64,000 bases of DNA, from contig CM052816.1 of NCBI GenBank assembly GCA_028534125.1, positions 98,334,001 through 98,398,000 of the forward strand. Direction: 5' to 3'. How positions within the stretch are numbered: the stretch's first letter is position 1; each line of letters opens with the position of its first letter. This stretch comes from Lama glama. Taxonomy: Eukaryota. The notes under the pieces were generated by a model that worked only from the letters and a program-made list of their open reading frames with translations, did not search any database and was not told the origin of the DNA. Shown in pieces: positions 62,196-64,000 of the stretch. A program made the translations under genes and the position numbers.

Positions 62196-62589
62196 CTCAA
62201 AAAATTGAAATCTGGCTTTGACAAAGGGTTACTGGAAAGTTATTAACCTACTAAAAAATGTATATTTTGGTCTCCCATTTCCTTCTGTTTTATAATTCAT
62301 GTGTTGTCATCAGATATGACAGGTATGATTTTCATCTTTGGACATTGATGTTCTCTGAGTGTATGAAGATAACTCGTCTATGCTTGTATGTTTACTGCAT
62401 CTGTTAATTTCTGGGAAGTGTGATTTAAAAAAAAAAAAACTCCTGTAATGGCTATAGACTTGTTAATTTCTCTTTATTTTTTTCCCATCAGATCATGCTT
62501 ATACAGAGTAGTAAATCCACAAGCTGCATAGAACTCTGAGGCTTGTCATTGGCGAGGGAAGATTGGCAAAGATACCAGTCACAACACAG

Positions 62590-62737
62590 ACATTGACAAG
62601 CCCCTTACTCTGTGGAAACACTGTTCTCAGGGGCGGCCTGTATGTGCTATTTAAGCCTTGCACACCACCACGGGGGAGGGAATTTTATCATCTCTACTTT
62701 CCATTTGAGAAAATTAAGGTAGAGGAAGCTTAAATGC
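62590..62737 (-). mobile_element. MIR fragment
   Basis: 'cttactctgtg..cactgttct..ttatcatctctactttcca..tgagaaaattaagg..agaggaagcttaaatg'. Confidence 0.65.
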
Positions 62738-63237
62738 TGTATTCTTCATAGCACAGATGGTGAAGATCCTGGACTATCTCTGGTTATTAATCTTTCATCA
62801 TTAATGCCCCTCATTAGTGACAGCATCTGTACAGTTTTTAGGTGAAATATTATGCTGATGCTTCCACCACAAATTTCTCTGGTGCTACAGCCAGCTCGAG
62901 TGAGAAACACTCACTTATGTACATGAATTCTGGAGCCAACACACACAAACACAGACACTGCTGACCACAATACCATTTTGTATATATTATGATGTATGTC
63001 TGTATGTGTAAATATGTGAGTATTTATATGTAAAGATACTGGGTGTGGTCCTTGGTAGGGAGCCGGTGGACATCCCTACAGCTCTCTGCTGGGACTTGAC
63101 ACTTATCCTGGAGGAGGAAGGTCTGTGCCCTCAGAAGGGACAGCACAAGTGACAGTGTAAAGGAGTCACAAAACATAAAAACGACTCCCCAGAGCCATAT
63201 CAGATCTTAATGTGTCGCATAATCAGAGAACAGTTGC

Positions 63238-63460
63238 CCATCTATTCATGTACTCATTCGCATATTTGATCGGCGAGCTGTCTGCCAGGCTTTGGAACCA
63301 AGGGTGCGAAGGTGAGAGCACCAGTGCACCTGCTTTTGGGGGGCGCAGCCCTGCGCTTCAGTCATGGTCAAACACCTGCTGTGCAGAAGTGGTAAAAGGA
63401 AGAATTAAATCTAACTTGGGGCAGGGAAGGAATTCTGAACGATGTCCTAAAGAATAAAGA
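63238..63460 (-). mobile_element. L2 fragment
   Basis: 'catctattcatgtactcattcgcatatttga..ctgtctgccaggc'. Confidence 0.5.
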
Positions 63461-64000
63461 GCAATTTGGGGCGGGGGGTGCTCCACAGGGGAAGCCGCTT
63501 CCAGGGAAAAGTAAGCCATCCTGAGCAACACACCAGGAGCTGTGTCCTTGAAATCTGCCTCTCTTGTACTCAGCACATCCCTTCAATGCTTCTTCATGCT
63601 GCATTTCACTCCACAGAGGATGTTCTAAAAGCAAGTGCAATGCCCATTAAGAAGTAGCAGAGTTTGGGGGTGATCTGCAGGCAGTGAAGGCTGCTGTCTG
63701 TGTTCTACTTTCCTGGGCTCTGATAGAAAGACGGGACATCTTTAAAGTCTGGATCAGTGCTATAACAAGGAGATCTTTCAGGAAGTTTTCCATCTGCCTT
63801 GAAAGAACTTTAATTGTATTTTTTGAAAATAGTCACTCTGGGTTCTAGGCACCATAAAATCAAGTATCAGCAAAGTAATTTTGATGCTTTGACATATTTA
63901 TAGACCAAGAAGGGGTTCGCCAGGTCAACCTCTGTTTGATGGTGCCAGAAACGTGAGATATCACCATGTCTTTGCATATATATGGCTCATAGATGAGAAG

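Noticed and set aside
1..64000. CRISPR arrays, operons, tRNA/rRNA genes, intact retroviral or LINE ORFs, processed pseudogenes
   Set aside because: No regularly spaced direct repeats, RNA-gene signatures or intact long ORFs were seen; the sequence is typical mammalian non-coding DNA.

Overview
This is non-coding mammalian genomic DNA. It is probably camelid: this is inferred from the L1 3'-UTR wording at 6.7, 9.6 and 35 kb and from the apparent absence of Alu, B1/B2, BovB/Bov-tA, PRE1 or Can-SINEs. I found no protein-coding gene, RNA gene or CRISPR array that I can support; the ORF track looks like chance ORFs in GC-rich, repeat or N-gap sequence. Much of the window is old interspersed repeat (L1, L2, MIR, MLT1/MLT2/LTR16/LTR33 LTRs, MER53), including several readable nested insertions, plus microsatellites. 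The main unique-sequence structure is a CpG-island-like segment at about 32.6-34.5 kb, split by a 500-N gap. It has strong splice donors, and several well-bounded exon candidates lie downstream (possible lncRNA). Two convergent CTCF-like motifs and several AT-rich homeobox/FOX/GATA motif clusters resemble developmental enhancers. I cannot support a claim of a novel biological system. Repeat family names come from recalled consensus sequences, not a database search, and repeat boundaries are approximate (about +/-30 bp or more).
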